Positions 47,488 to 56,919 of a stretch of DNA of 64,000 nucleotides are shown here, piece after piece. Source of the stretch: an uncultured Prevotella sp. (lineage in GTDB: Bacteria; Bacteroidota; Bacteroidia; Bacteroidales; Bacteroidaceae); contig ONKL01000003.1 in assembly GCA_900318395.1 (NCBI GenBank), positions 7,242 through 71,241 on the forward strand. Reading direction: 5' to 3'. A program made the translations under genes and the position numbers. Within the stretch, counting starts at the first letter, position 1. Every line of letters starts with the position of its first letter. Under the pieces are notes generated by a model. It did no database searches. It saw only the letters and a program-made list of their open reading frames with translations, and was not told the DNA's origin.

Positions 47488-48480
47488 TTACTTAAACTGA
47501 TTTTCTACGATATCGGCCAACACATCTGTCATTGAGAGACCTGCAGCACGTACCTGCTGCGGAATGAAACTTGTGGCTGTCATACCTGGTGTGGTATTGA
47601 CCTCAAGCATCGATATCTTACCCTCCTTTGAGACAATATAGTCAACACGGATGATGCCATTGCAATGCAGAATGTCATAGATGCTGGATGTGATACGGCT
47701 TACCCTATCTGTTACATCCTGTGGCAGACGAGCAGGAGTAATCTCCTGTACCTGACCATTATATTTGGCATCATAGTCAAAGAATTCATTAGAAGTCACC
47801 ACCTCGGTAATCGGGAAAACGACTGTTTTATCTTGTGTCTTATAAATACCCTGTGTGATTTCCGTTCCCTCAAGCAGAGCCTCAACCATAATCTCAGGAC
47901 TTTCCATCATCGCCTTACGAATAGCAGGAGCCAACTGGTCCTTATTCTTCACCTTAGACACGCCAAAAGAAGAACCGTCGGCAGCCGGCTTTACGAAACA
48001 TGGCATACCTATCCGTTCCTCAATCTCATCATCGGATACCAGCTCTTCGTAGCCCTTACGGATCAACATGGAATCAGCCACGCTTACGCCATAAGCCCTC
48101 AGATAATTATTGAGAACAAACTTATCAAATGTCATCGCCTCAACCAATACGCCACTCGTGGAATATGGCAAGCCGATCAGGTCGAAGTAGCCCTGAAGCA
48201 AGCCATTCTCACCTGGGGTTCCATGAATGGTGATATAGGCATAGTCGAAAAGACGGGCTTTTCCATTCTCGATAAACGAGAAATCATTGCGATCGATTTT
48301 TGCTGTAGTACCATCAGGCAACTCCACATGCCAATCCTGACCTTTGACATCTACGATATAAACATGATAGCGTTCCTTATCGAAGAAAGAAAAAAGACCT
48401 TGTGCTGAACGCAGCGACACATCATGCTCAGAAGAATCGCCACCACAAACAATTGCTATTGTTCTCTTTAAGTTTTTCAT
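47488..48480 (-). CDS. ddl: D-alanine--D-alanine ligase
   Basis: GG.SSEHDVS, IHGTPGENG, GSSFGV, FDYDAKY, EVNTTPG. Confidence 0.96.
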   Translation of the reverse strand: MKNLKRTIAIVCGGDSSEHDVSLRSAQGLFSFFDKERYHVYIVDVKGQDWHVELPDGTTAKIDRNDFSFIENGKARLFDYAYITIHGTPGENGLLQGYFDLIGLPYSTSGVLVEAMTFDKFVLNNYLRAYGVSVADSMLIRKGYEELVSDDEIEERIGMPCFVKPAADGSSFGVSKVKNKDQLAPAIRKAMMESPEIMVEALLEGTEITQGIYKTQDKTVVFPITEVVTSNEFFDYDAKYNGQVQEITPARLPQDVTDRVSRITSSIYDILHCNGIIRVDYIVSKEGKISMLEVNTTPGMTATSFIPQQVRAAGLSMTDVLADIVENQFK

Positions 48481-48501
48481 TGTTTTATCTTGCTTTAATT
48501 A

Positions 48502-49575
48502 TTATTCTTTTACCTTTATATATTTCCGCCATTTATCTATCAGCGCCTTCATATCATCAGGCCACTCAGATGTAAAGTCCATCTGCACCCCATAGATCGG
48601 ATGTACAAAACCCAGCGTCTTCGCATGAAGTGCCTGACGGGGACAGAGCTTAAAACAATTTTGGATATATGCCTTATAGCTGGCAGTCCGCTCCCCTCTC
48701 AGGATTTCAGTACCTCCATACCGTTCGTCACCAAACAAAGGATGTCCGATATGCTTCATGTGAGCTCTAATCTGATGAGTACGCCCAGTCTCAAGGATGC
48801 ATTCTACCAAAGTCGTATAGCCATAACGTTCCAACACTTTGTAATGAGTGACCGCAGGCTTCCCTATCTCAGAATCAGGAGCAAAGACCTCCATCCGCAG
48901 GCGATCTTTCGGGTCACGACCGATGTTACCTTCTATCCGCCCCTCGTCTTCTACGAAGTTTCCCCACACTAGAGCATTATAACTGCGATGAGTCGTTTTA
49001 TTGAAGAACTGCTTTCCCAAAGATGTCTTGGCATCTGGAGTCTTAGCTACCACAAGCAGGCCGCTTGTATCCTTATCGATACGATGTACAAGTCCAACCT
49101 CGGGATCATTCGGATCATAAGACGCCAGATCTTTCAGATGCCAAGCGATGGCGTTAACGAGAGTTCCATTGAAATTTCCGCATCCTGGGTGAACAACCAT
49201 CCCTGCCGGTTTATTGATGACCATCACATACTCATCCTCATAGACTACCTCAAGAGGAATATCCTCAGGTTTGATTGTCGTATCATAATGCGGGCGGTCA
49301 AGCATCAGCGTAATGACATCTCCCGGCCTTACCTTATAATTACTCTTAACTGGTTTGTCGTTTACATGGATAAAGCCAGCATCAGCAGCCTTCTGAATAC
49401 GATTTCGACTTGAATGTGGTTGGTGTTCAGATAAGAATTTGTCTATTCGGACAGACTCCTGACCTTTGTCCACCTCCATCCGAAAGTGTTCGTACAACTG
49501 TCCATCACCTTCCAATTCTTCAGAAGGATCATCAGTCATTAATTCCAGGTCATCTATCTCTTCCAGCAAGTCCAT
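48502..49575 (-). CDS. rluD: RluA/RluD family pseudouridine synthase
   Basis: S4 domain; VHRIDKDTSGL; TGRTHQIR; QALHA. Confidence 0.9.
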   Translation of the reverse strand: MDLLEEIDDLELMTDDPSEELEGDGQLYEHFRMEVDKGQESVRIDKFLSEHQPHSSRNRIQKAADAGFIHVNDKPVKSNYKVRPGDVITLMLDRPHYDTTIKPEDIPLEVVYEDEYVMVINKPAGMVVHPGCGNFNGTLVNAIAWHLKDLASYDPNDPEVGLVHRIDKDTSGLLVVAKTPDAKTSLGKQFFNKTTHRSYNALVWGNFVEDEGRIEGNIGRDPKDRLRMEVFAPDSEIGKPAVTHYKVLERYGYTTLVECILETGRTHQIRAHMKHIGHPLFGDERYGGTEILRGERTASYKAYIQNCFKLCPRQALHAKTLGFVHPIYGVQMDFTSEWPDDMKALIDKWRKYIKVKE

Positions 49576-50219
49576 CACTCCGTAACCTCTTCAAACTCAT
49601 CGACATTTCCACCTTCCATCATCTGATATTCAGGCTCTACATAGTCTATATCATCCCCAACATCATACTGTCCATTACCAATCATCAGTGTCAATGGTGC
49701 CTCTATCGATACCAAATCACCTGTCGATACTCTGCGCCCTTTGCAGAGGATACCATAAACCCAGTCTTTCTCGCCCATCACATACTGAGGTGGCAGAAGT
49801 TTGAAACCGATGGCCATCAACTTAGCCTCTGCCTCACGATAGCTACTATTATCCACAACGTCGGGAATAGGGAAAGAGGGAGAAGACGGAGAATTCACGG
49901 TAACGTAAATCGTATGACCTTCTTTTACGTATGTCCCAGAGCCTGGGTTCTGAGCCAGAATACAGTCTGCGGGAAGTCGCTTGTTGTAACCAGAGTCTGA
50001 AACAATGATATTCAATTTAAGTTCCTCGATCATCATACGGGCATCATGATAAGACTTTCTTTCCAAGTTAGGCACCAGAATACCCTCCCCGTGATGTGTA
50101 TACCAAGACAGACCATAGTGCACACCAAACATCAAGGCAATGACCACCAGCATCATAGCCAGCAGATTACCAATCAGGAACTTACTGCAAAATTTACCAA
50201 AGAATTCCTTTGCTTTCAT
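49575..50219 (-). CDS. PASTA domain membrane protein
   Basis: TM, YTHHG..I.VP.L, ILAQNP..G..VKEG..IY.TVN; start reset after the promoter at 50243-50274. Confidence 0.85.
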   Translation of the reverse strand: MKAKEFFGKFCSKFLIGNLLAMMLVVIALMFGVHYGLSWYTHHGEGILVPNLERKSYHDARMMIEELKLNIIVSDSGYNKRLPADCILAQNPGSGTYVKEGHTIYVTVNSPSSPSFPIPDVVDNSSYREAEAKLMAIGFKLLPPQYVMGEKDWVYGILCKGRRVSTGDLVSIEAPLTLMIGNGQYDVGDDIDYVEPEYQMMEGGNVDEFEEVTE

Positions 50220-50358
50220 TCTCGATATCCTTATTTTGCGCACAAAGTTAGTGCAAATCGAGCGAAAAACCAAAACAAAGTCACAAAAAAAACAGAAAGA
50301 AGTAAAGATTCCCCCCTACTTCTTTCTGTTTTAACCATTTTTCCTCAGAAAACCAGAT

Positions 50359-50514
50359 TTACTTTCCGTGATTCTCGTCAGATACTGTTAACTTCTTGCG
50401 ACCCTTTGCACGACGTGCAGCCAGAACGCGGCGGCCATTCTTGGTGGCCATTCTCTCACGGAAGCCGTGCTTGTTAACGCGACGGCGATTGTGGGGCTGG
50501 AATGTTCTTTTCAT
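50359..50514 (-). CDS. rpmH: 50S ribosomal protein L34
   Basis: Hand translation [51 protein letters not shown]; below the ORF-track cutoff. Confidence 0.97.
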   Translation of the reverse strand: MKRTFQPHNRRRVNKHGFRERMATKNGRRVLAARRAKGRKKLTVSDENHGK

Positions 50515-50559
50515 TGCTTTTAACTATTTATTTTTGTTATTATTGTCACTTTTGGGCTG

Positions 50560-50649
50560 CAAAAGTACTCATTTCTTTTGAATTACGCAAGTTTTATGAG
50601 AAATTTAGTGCAAGTTTTTGCGTTTTTTACTAAAAAAGAAGTACCTTTG
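50560..50649. promoter_or_regulatory. divergent promoters for rpmH and efp
   Basis: CAAAAGTA 50560-50567 (minus); TTTG 50617-50620 with TACCTTTG 50642-50649 (plus). Confidence 0.75.
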
Positions 50650-50687
50650 CACCCGAAAACGATACAAAAGTAACATTTTATAGGTTT

Positions 50688-51254
50688 ATGATTAATTCAC
50701 AAGACATTAAAAAAGGCACCGCCATTCGCATGGACGGTGGTATTTGGGTGTGCATCGATTTCCAGCACAGAAAGCCAGGTAAGGGTAACACAATTATGAT
50801 TATCAAGGTGAAGAACGTTTCCGACGGTCGAGTTTTGGAGCGCCGTTTCAACATCGGAGAGAAACTGGAGGACGTTATCATTGAGCGTCGCCCCTATCAG
50901 TATCTCTATGAGGATCAGAGCGGACGTATCTTCATGAATCAAGAGACATTCGAGCAGATTCCCATCGACAATGAGCTCGTTATCGGTCATGAGTATATGA
51001 AGGAAAGCGATATCGTTGAAGTTGTTTCTGATACGACAGATGGTACCATTCTTTATGCAGAAATGCCTGTCAAGACAGTGCTCCGCGTAACACACTCAGA
51101 GCCTGGCATCAAGGGTGATACCGCTACCAACACCCTGAAACCTGCAACACTTGAGACCGGTGTTGAGGTACGCGTACCCCTGTTCATCAATGAGGGCGAT
51201 CTGATTCAGGTTGACACTCGTGATGGCAGTTACCTCCAGCGCGTAAAGGAATAA
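50688..51254 (+). CDS. efp: elongation factor P
   Basis: KPGKG, PGIKGDTAT, KPATLETG, VPLFI. Confidence 0.97.
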   Translation: MINSQDIKKGTAIRMDGGIWVCIDFQHRKPGKGNTIMIIKVKNVSDGRVLERRFNIGEKLEDVIIERRPYQYLYEDQSGRIFMNQETFEQIPIDNELVIGHEYMKESDIVEVVSDTTDGTILYAEMPVKTVLRVTHSEPGIKGDTATNTLKPATLETGVEVRVPLFINEGDLIQVDTRDGSYLQRVKE

Positions 51255-52246
51255 TGAAATACTCGATTATCGTTCCTGTCTTCAATCGTCCTGATGAGGT
51301 CGATGAGTTGCTTGAGAGCCTTTGCCAACAAACGGTCAAAGACTTTGAGGTTCTGATTATTGAAGACGGTTCGATAAAACCTTGCAAGGATGTTTGCGAC
51401 AAATACGCAGACATCCTTGCTTTGCATTATTATGCCAAGGATAATAGCGGTCCGGGGCAGAGTAGGAACTATGGTGTAGAGCGTGCGTCAGGCGATTGGG
51501 TTATCATCCTTGATTCTGATGTCGTTTTGCCACAGAATTACCTACAGGCTGTAGAAGATGAACTATCAAAAAATCCTTGTGAGGCATTCGGGGGACCTGA
51601 TGCTGCACATCCCTCTTTCACTCCCATACAGAAAGCCATCAGCTACTCCATGACTTCCTTCTTCACAACAGGAGGCATCCGAGGCAGCAAGAAAGCGAAA
51701 CTAGACAAGTTCTACCCCCGTTCATTCAACATGGGTATACGTAGGGATGTCTATCTTGAATTAGGAGGCTTCACAAAAATGCGATTTGGCGAAGACATCG
51801 ATTTCTCTTATAGGATTGTAGAAGCAGGCTACCAGCCAAGGCTTTTCCCAGAGGCATGGGTTTGGCATAAGCGCCGCACAGACTTCCGGAAATTCTTCCG
51901 TCAGGTCTACAATAGCGGTATCGCCCGCATCAACCTCGAGAAACGTCATCCAGGAACCATGAAATTAGTTCATTTATTGCCGACAGTCTTTACGGTTGGA
52001 GTCATCGGATTGCTTCTGCTTTCATGCTTCTATCCTTGCGCGCTCGTACCTATTATATTATATAGCATTCTGATTTTCGTTGACTCAAGTCGTCAGAACA
52101 AGAGTCTTTATGTCGGGCTGCTCAGCATTCCCGCAGCCTTTGTCCAGCTGATGGGCTACGGTTTAGGATTTATCGAAAGCTGGTGGAAACGATGTATACT
52201 CAAACAAGACGAATTTCAAGCCTTTGAAAAGTCATTCTACAAATAA
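51254..52246 (+). CDS. GT2 family glycosyltransferase with C-terminal TM helices
   Basis: SIIVPVFNR, EDGS, LDSD, GEDIDFS. Confidence 0.9.
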   Translation: MKYSIIVPVFNRPDEVDELLESLCQQTVKDFEVLIIEDGSIKPCKDVCDKYADILALHYYAKDNSGPGQSRNYGVERASGDWVIILDSDVVLPQNYLQAVEDELSKNPCEAFGGPDAAHPSFTPIQKAISYSMTSFFTTGGIRGSKKAKLDKFYPRSFNMGIRRDVYLELGGFTKMRFGEDIDFSYRIVEAGYQPRLFPEAWVWHKRRTDFRKFFRQVYNSGIARINLEKRHPGTMKLVHLLPTVFTVGVIGLLLLSCFYPCALVPIILYSILIFVDSSRQNKSLYVGLLSIPAAFVQLMGYGLGFIESWWKRCILKQDEFQAFEKSFYK

Positions 52247-52271
52247 AAACATACAAACTTAAATTAAAACT

Positions 52272-52958
52272 ATGGAGAAACTCAACATCACACAATGGGC
52301 AGAAGAAGATCGTCCAAGAGAGAAAATGGCATCACTTGGTGCAGGAGCACTGACTAGTGCAGAGTTACTGGCTATTCTCATCGGTTCTGGTTCAACCAAA
52401 GAGAGCGCCGTAGATCTTATGAAACGTATCTTAGGCGACTGCAACAACAATCTGAACACGCTTGGGAAACTTAATATTCACGACCTATGTTCCTATAATG
52501 GTATTGGTGAAGCGAAGGCTATCACAATCCTTGCAGCTTGTGAACTGGGGAAACGGCGCCAGATGGAGAAACCAGAAGATCGCCCAGACCTTGGTACCGC
52601 CACCAGAATCTATAACCACATGCACCCTAGAATGCAGGATCTGGATGTCGAAGAGTTCTGGGTATTACTGATGAACCAGCATCATCGTCTTATCAAACAA
52701 GTACGCATATCTCATGGAGGTATCACCGAGACTTCCGTAGACATCCGTATCATCATGCGTGAGGCCATCTTAGCAAACACAACCATTCTAGCTGCCTGCC
52801 ACAACCATCCCTCTGGTAATTTGCATCCAAGCAAATACGATGAAGAACTGACGAGAAGTATCAAGAGGGCTTGCGAACTGATGCGCATTCATTTCATGGA
52901 TCATGTTATTATCACTGATGGCAATTATTACTCTTTTCACGAACAAGGCAAATGCTAA
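52272..52958 (+). CDS. radC: RadC/JAB domain protein
   Basis: PREK, ELLAIL, HNHPSG, DHVII. Confidence 0.93.
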   Translation: MEKLNITQWAEEDRPREKMASLGAGALTSAELLAILIGSGSTKESAVDLMKRILGDCNNNLNTLGKLNIHDLCSYNGIGEAKAITILAACELGKRRQMEKPEDRPDLGTATRIYNHMHPRMQDLDVEEFWVLLMNQHHRLIKQVRISHGGITETSVDIRIIMREAILANTTILAACHNHPSGNLHPSKYDEELTRSIKRACELMRIHFMDHVIITDGNYYSFHEQGKC

Positions 52959-53024
52959 CAAATTACAAATAACACGCTCTGAGGTTTGGTGTTTTGCTCA
53001 AAATATACTATCTTTGCAGCGATT

Positions 53025-53345
53025 ATGACACAAGAAGAGAAAACAATGATAGAAGAAAGGATCGTAGATGTGCTGAAAACAGTCTATGACCCTGAGATTC
53101 CCGTCAACATTTATGACTTGGGAATGATCTACAAGATTGACGTGCAGGATGATTATTCCGTGGAGTTGGAGATGACCTTCACTGCACCGAATTGTCCTGC
53201 AGCAGACTATATTCTGGAAGACGTACGCACAAAAGTTGAAAGCGTCGAAGGCGTGAAATCCTCAAACGTCAATCTGGTATTCGAACCCGCCTGGGATCAG
53301 AGCATGATGAGTGAAGAGGCAAGAGTAGAATTAGGTTTTGATTAG
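53025..53345 (+). CDS. DUF59/SufT Fe-S cluster assembly protein
   Basis: VYDPEIPVNIYDLG, TAPNCP; promoter TTTG 52985 / TATCTTTG 53009 fixes the start. Confidence 0.9.
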   Translation: MTQEEKTMIEERIVDVLKTVYDPEIPVNIYDLGMIYKIDVQDDYSVELEMTFTAPNCPAADYILEDVRTKVESVEGVKSSNVNLVFEPAWDQSMMSEEARVELGFD

Positions 53346-53375
53346 CCTTTAGTTTGTAATGCTAAGTCCACTGTT

Positions 53376-54140
53376 ATGAAGAATATCTATTTCCTTTCCG
53401 ACGCCCATCTTGGCTCACTGGCCATCCCACACGGTAGGATGCAGGAACGAAGGCTTGTCCGCTTCCTAGACTCTATCAAGGAAAAGGCAGCTGCCATCTA
53501 TCTTTTAGGAGATATGTTTGACTTTTGGTACGAATATAAATATGTCGTGCCTAAGGGTTATACACGTTTTTTAGGCAAGCTTTCTGAGCTGACAGACATG
53601 GGGGTAGAAGTTCACTACTTCACTGGGAATCACGATATTTGGGCTTACGAATACTTAGAAAAGGAGTGTGGAGTCATTCTCCATAAAAAGCCAGAGACTA
53701 CCGAAATCTATGGTAAAATGTTCTTCCTGGCACATGGTGATGGACTGGGTGATCCTGACAAGAAATTCAAACTCATCAAAAGCATATTCCATAACAAGGT
53801 TTGCCAATGGGCTTTCTCTGGCCTACATCCTCGATGGGGGATGTGGTTCGGTTTGAATTGGGCCAAGCATTCCCGGATGAAACGACCAGATGGAGAAGAG
53901 CCAGCTTATATGGGCGAAAACCGTGAGCACTTAGTGCTATTTACCAAGAAATATATCCAATATCACTCGAATGTCGACTACTTCATCTATGGACATCGTC
54001 ATATTGAGGTGGACCTTCAGCTGACCAAGAAAGCCAGAATGATTATTCTTGGCGATTGGATTACCCATTTCACATACGTTGTGTGGGATGGCGATCATCT
54101 CCTCATGTCACAATACATCGAAGGCGAGAGCCGCCCCTGA
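53376..54140 (+). CDS. lpxH: UDP-2,3-diacylglucosamine diphosphatase
   Basis: SDAHLG, LGDMFDFW, GNHD, HGD, GHRH, LGDW. Confidence 0.88.
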   Translation: MKNIYFLSDAHLGSLAIPHGRMQERRLVRFLDSIKEKAAAIYLLGDMFDFWYEYKYVVPKGYTRFLGKLSELTDMGVEVHYFTGNHDIWAYEYLEKECGVILHKKPETTEIYGKMFFLAHGDGLGDPDKKFKLIKSIFHNKVCQWAFSGLHPRWGMWFGLNWAKHSRMKRPDGEEPAYMGENREHLVLFTKKYIQYHSNVDYFIYGHRHIEVDLQLTKKARMIILGDWITHFTYVVWDGDHLLMSQYIEGESRP

Positions 54141-54159
54141 TACAAAAACAAAACAAGAT

Positions 54160-55221
54160 ATGAACAGAAAGAAAATTGTAACTTTTGGAGAACTTCTACT
54201 CCGATTCTCCAAACCTGGGCAACTCAGATTGACTCAGGGCGATATGTTTACCAGTAAATACGGAGGCAGTGAAGCAAACGTAGCTGTATCATTAGCTACA
54301 CAAGGCGAAGATGTTACCTACATCACACGTTTACCAGATACTCCCGTGGGGCATGCAGGGGCAATGAACCTAGCCCAATTAGGGGTAGACACCAGTCAAG
54401 TTCTTTATGGCGGTCAGCGTATTGGCACCTATTACTTTGAGCCAGCTGCAGGTATGCGTGCTGCGAAAGTCATCTATGACAGAGGCAATTCTGCTTATTA
54501 TGACCTAAAGCCAGGCATGATTCCTTGGCGAGAGATTCTGAAGGATTGTGCCTATTTCTGCGTGTCGGGCATCACTGCTGCTATTTCCCAACAAGCGGCA
54601 AAGGCTACCTTTGAGGCATTAGACATCGCTGACGAAATGGGAGTAACCGTATGTTTTGATATCAACTATCGCAAGAACTTATGGAAATACGAAGGAGCAG
54701 AACCGCGTAAGACACTTAGTCAGATGCTCTCACGCTGTGACATGATGTTTGGCGACGCCATTGAGTTTGAATGGCTCTCACAACATCCCCAGCCACCATT
54801 TACGGCAACCGATTCCAATTTCCAGATGCAGATGAAAGAATATGGCGAGTGGTTTGATGAGCTCCATGCCAACTTCCCTCGCCTGAAGAACTGGATGATG
54901 GGTATGCGTAATATCGTCAGCTCAAACCATCACACATTGACAGGTCTGCTTTGGACAGAAGGAACCCTTTTGCAGGCACCCGTCATTGACATTCCCGATG
55001 TTATTGATCCTGTAGGAGTGGGCGATGCCTTCATGGGAGCTTGGCTGCACGCCATCAGCCTTTTCCCTGATGACAAGCAGAAACAATTAAACTATTCTTT
55101 GGCTGCCGCAGCCCTGAAGAATACGATTCCAGGTGATTTCAATATTTCAACAGAAGACGAAATCCTAGATGTGATGGAACAGCGATATGACACCTCGACT
55201 CTCTATAAACACATCTCATAA
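54160..55221 (+). CDS. PfkB sugar kinase (2-keto-3-deoxygluconate kinase-like)
   Basis: FGELLLR, GGSEANVA, D.NYRKNLW, D.VG.GDAF. Confidence 0.85.
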   Translation: MNRKKIVTFGELLLRFSKPGQLRLTQGDMFTSKYGGSEANVAVSLATQGEDVTYITRLPDTPVGHAGAMNLAQLGVDTSQVLYGGQRIGTYYFEPAAGMRAAKVIYDRGNSAYYDLKPGMIPWREILKDCAYFCVSGITAAISQQAAKATFEALDIADEMGVTVCFDINYRKNLWKYEGAEPRKTLSQMLSRCDMMFGDAIEFEWLSQHPQPPFTATDSNFQMQMKEYGEWFDELHANFPRLKNWMMGMRNIVSSNHHTLTGLLWTEGTLLQAPVIDIPDVIDPVGVGDAFMGAWLHAISLFPDDKQKQLNYSLAAAALKNTIPGDFNISTEDEILDVMEQRYDTSTLYKHIS

Positions 55222-55223
55222 AA

Positions 55224-55254
55224 GAATGCCGGAAGCAAAAAACTTCCGGCATTC
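55224..55254. terminator. bidirectional intrinsic terminator
   Basis: GAATGCCGGAAG / CTTCCGGCATTC perfect 12-bp stem between convergent genes. Confidence 0.85.
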
Positions 55255-55257
55255 ATT

Positions 55258-56916
55258 TTATATTCCATAAGCTCTTCGCATCCATTCCATGCGCGTGTTG
55301 AGCCATTCTTTCAGATTCTGCACCTCGTTCTGATAACTGCCCCATATATCATACTGTTTGTAAGTATAGTGGTAGAACGTCCCCCATCGTTTCTGATTTT
55401 CCTGGGCAGCATACTTCAGATACTGAGCATCATTGTTTATATAGGTCAGGAAATCTTCCTTATGATTATAAAAATACGTAAAGCGATGACGCAACCTTGA
55501 CAAGAATGCCGGATCTTGCATCAGTCTCTGATACCACAAAGACCACTCAAGCATGAATCCTTCAGGTAACATAGCTGTCGTTCCCGCCTCTTTCACATTA
55601 CCAAAGGCAATATCAAAGTCCCAAATAGGTCCCATCTTCAGTTTTCCTCCCCTTTGTAGATTCATATATGTACTGAAGTGGAACATAGAATCCTCATTCT
55701 TTGAAATCTCATGGATAATATACCAATCCACAAATGAATCGATATCCATATATTTCTGCCATCCCTCGTTAGGATCGGTGAAATTTTCAGAGAACAAGGC
55801 ATCATCAGCCATCTTCAGGAAATTGGTAATATAATTATAATTCTCATCACCAAAAGACACATCCTCAGGTTCCTTGATCTCTATAGAATAATTGATATGT
55901 GGAGCATAAGTAAAGACACAGCCTGAATCCCTTTCCGCTCTCTCATCGACCTCAATCAGGAATCCGTCATCACCAACAGCTACACGATTGTTATCTATCT
56001 TGATCTTCTCGCACAGCATATAAGTACCATCATACTGACCGTTAAGGATCAATTCCACGAAATGTCCACCAGGTGTCCAGTCGAGATTGCTCCTCTTACC
56101 CATAGTCAGTGCCAAATCGTTGCGGATCATCGACTTGTCAGAGTAGTTGGCAAGCAGTACCCATGATTTATCCTTATGCTCCCCAAAGAAGCGTATTTTC
56201 TCATTAAACTTGAGACGATAGGGTTTCTTAGGCTGTCCCCAGGTGGAGTTGCCACGTCCCTTGATCTGCAGGTCTGCCTCAGTCACCTCTCCAGGGGAAC
56301 GCGTCACGGCATCTTCTACCAGTCTCATGTGGGCATTCAAATACACCGTTTTGCTCTTGATAGGAGCAGCACCCTCTGTATCAATATACATAATGGGCAG
56401 GCCTGTATATGTATAGACATAAACCATATACTCCACTGTTTTATCAACGCCCTTCACAGTCAGTTTCACTGGAGTAGAGAAGTCGTATTTCGAAGAGCCG
56501 CTCGTAGCCTTCTGGTCATTGATAGTCACCTCAGTTCCAAGAAATGAAAAACGAGGGATCAACTCCTTACTGCCCGACAGTTGGGGAAGCCAGCACTCAA
56601 TAGTGCCGTTGCTAGAGATTGTACATTCCAGATCTTCTGTCAGCGAAGGATTCTCAGCTGCAGAGAATGCCATCGCCACTAGCATCGTTGCTTGTGGCAG
56701 ATTCTTATAGGCATTAGCAAAACTATCGAGTCTGGCTTGTAAGCGAAGTGCCTCCTGCTTCAGGGCCGCATTCGCAGCTTCCAACTCCTTGTTCGTCTGG
56801 GTCTGAGCATTATTGGCAGCCTCAATCTGATCGGCACGGTCATAAAACTCCGTCAAGTCCTTACTACAAGATACCAGACCAAGTACAGCAATCGTTATAT
56901 ACAAAAATCTCTTCAT
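55258..56916 (-). CDS. CotH-family kinase lipoprotein with N-terminal coiled coil
   Basis: Lipobox LVSC; KGRGNST, KKPYRLK, WVLLAN..D, KNED, PIWDFDIAFG. Confidence 0.9.
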   Translation of the reverse strand: MKRFLYITIAVLGLVSCSKDLTEFYDRADQIEAANNAQTQTNKELEAANAALKQEALRLQARLDSFANAYKNLPQATMLVAMAFSAAENPSLTEDLECTISSNGTIECWLPQLSGSKELIPRFSFLGTEVTINDQKATSGSSKYDFSTPVKLTVKGVDKTVEYMVYVYTYTGLPIMYIDTEGAAPIKSKTVYLNAHMRLVEDAVTRSPGEVTEADLQIKGRGNSTWGQPKKPYRLKFNEKIRFFGEHKDKSWVLLANYSDKSMIRNDLALTMGKRSNLDWTPGGHFVELILNGQYDGTYMLCEKIKIDNNRVAVGDDGFLIEVDERAERDSGCVFTYAPHINYSIEIKEPEDVSFGDENYNYITNFLKMADDALFSENFTDPNEGWQKYMDIDSFVDWYIIHEISKNEDSMFHFSTYMNLQRGGKLKMGPIWDFDIAFGNVKEAGTTAMLPEGFMLEWSLWYQRLMQDPAFLSRLRHRFTYFYNHKEDFLTYINNDAQYLKYAAQENQKRWGTFYHYTYKQYDIWGSYQNEVQNLKEWLNTRMEWMRRAYGI

Positions 56917-56919
56917 CAC

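Noticed and set aside
52272-52958. radC as a mobile-element marker
   Set aside because: Full-length form in a housekeeping efp-GT2 context.
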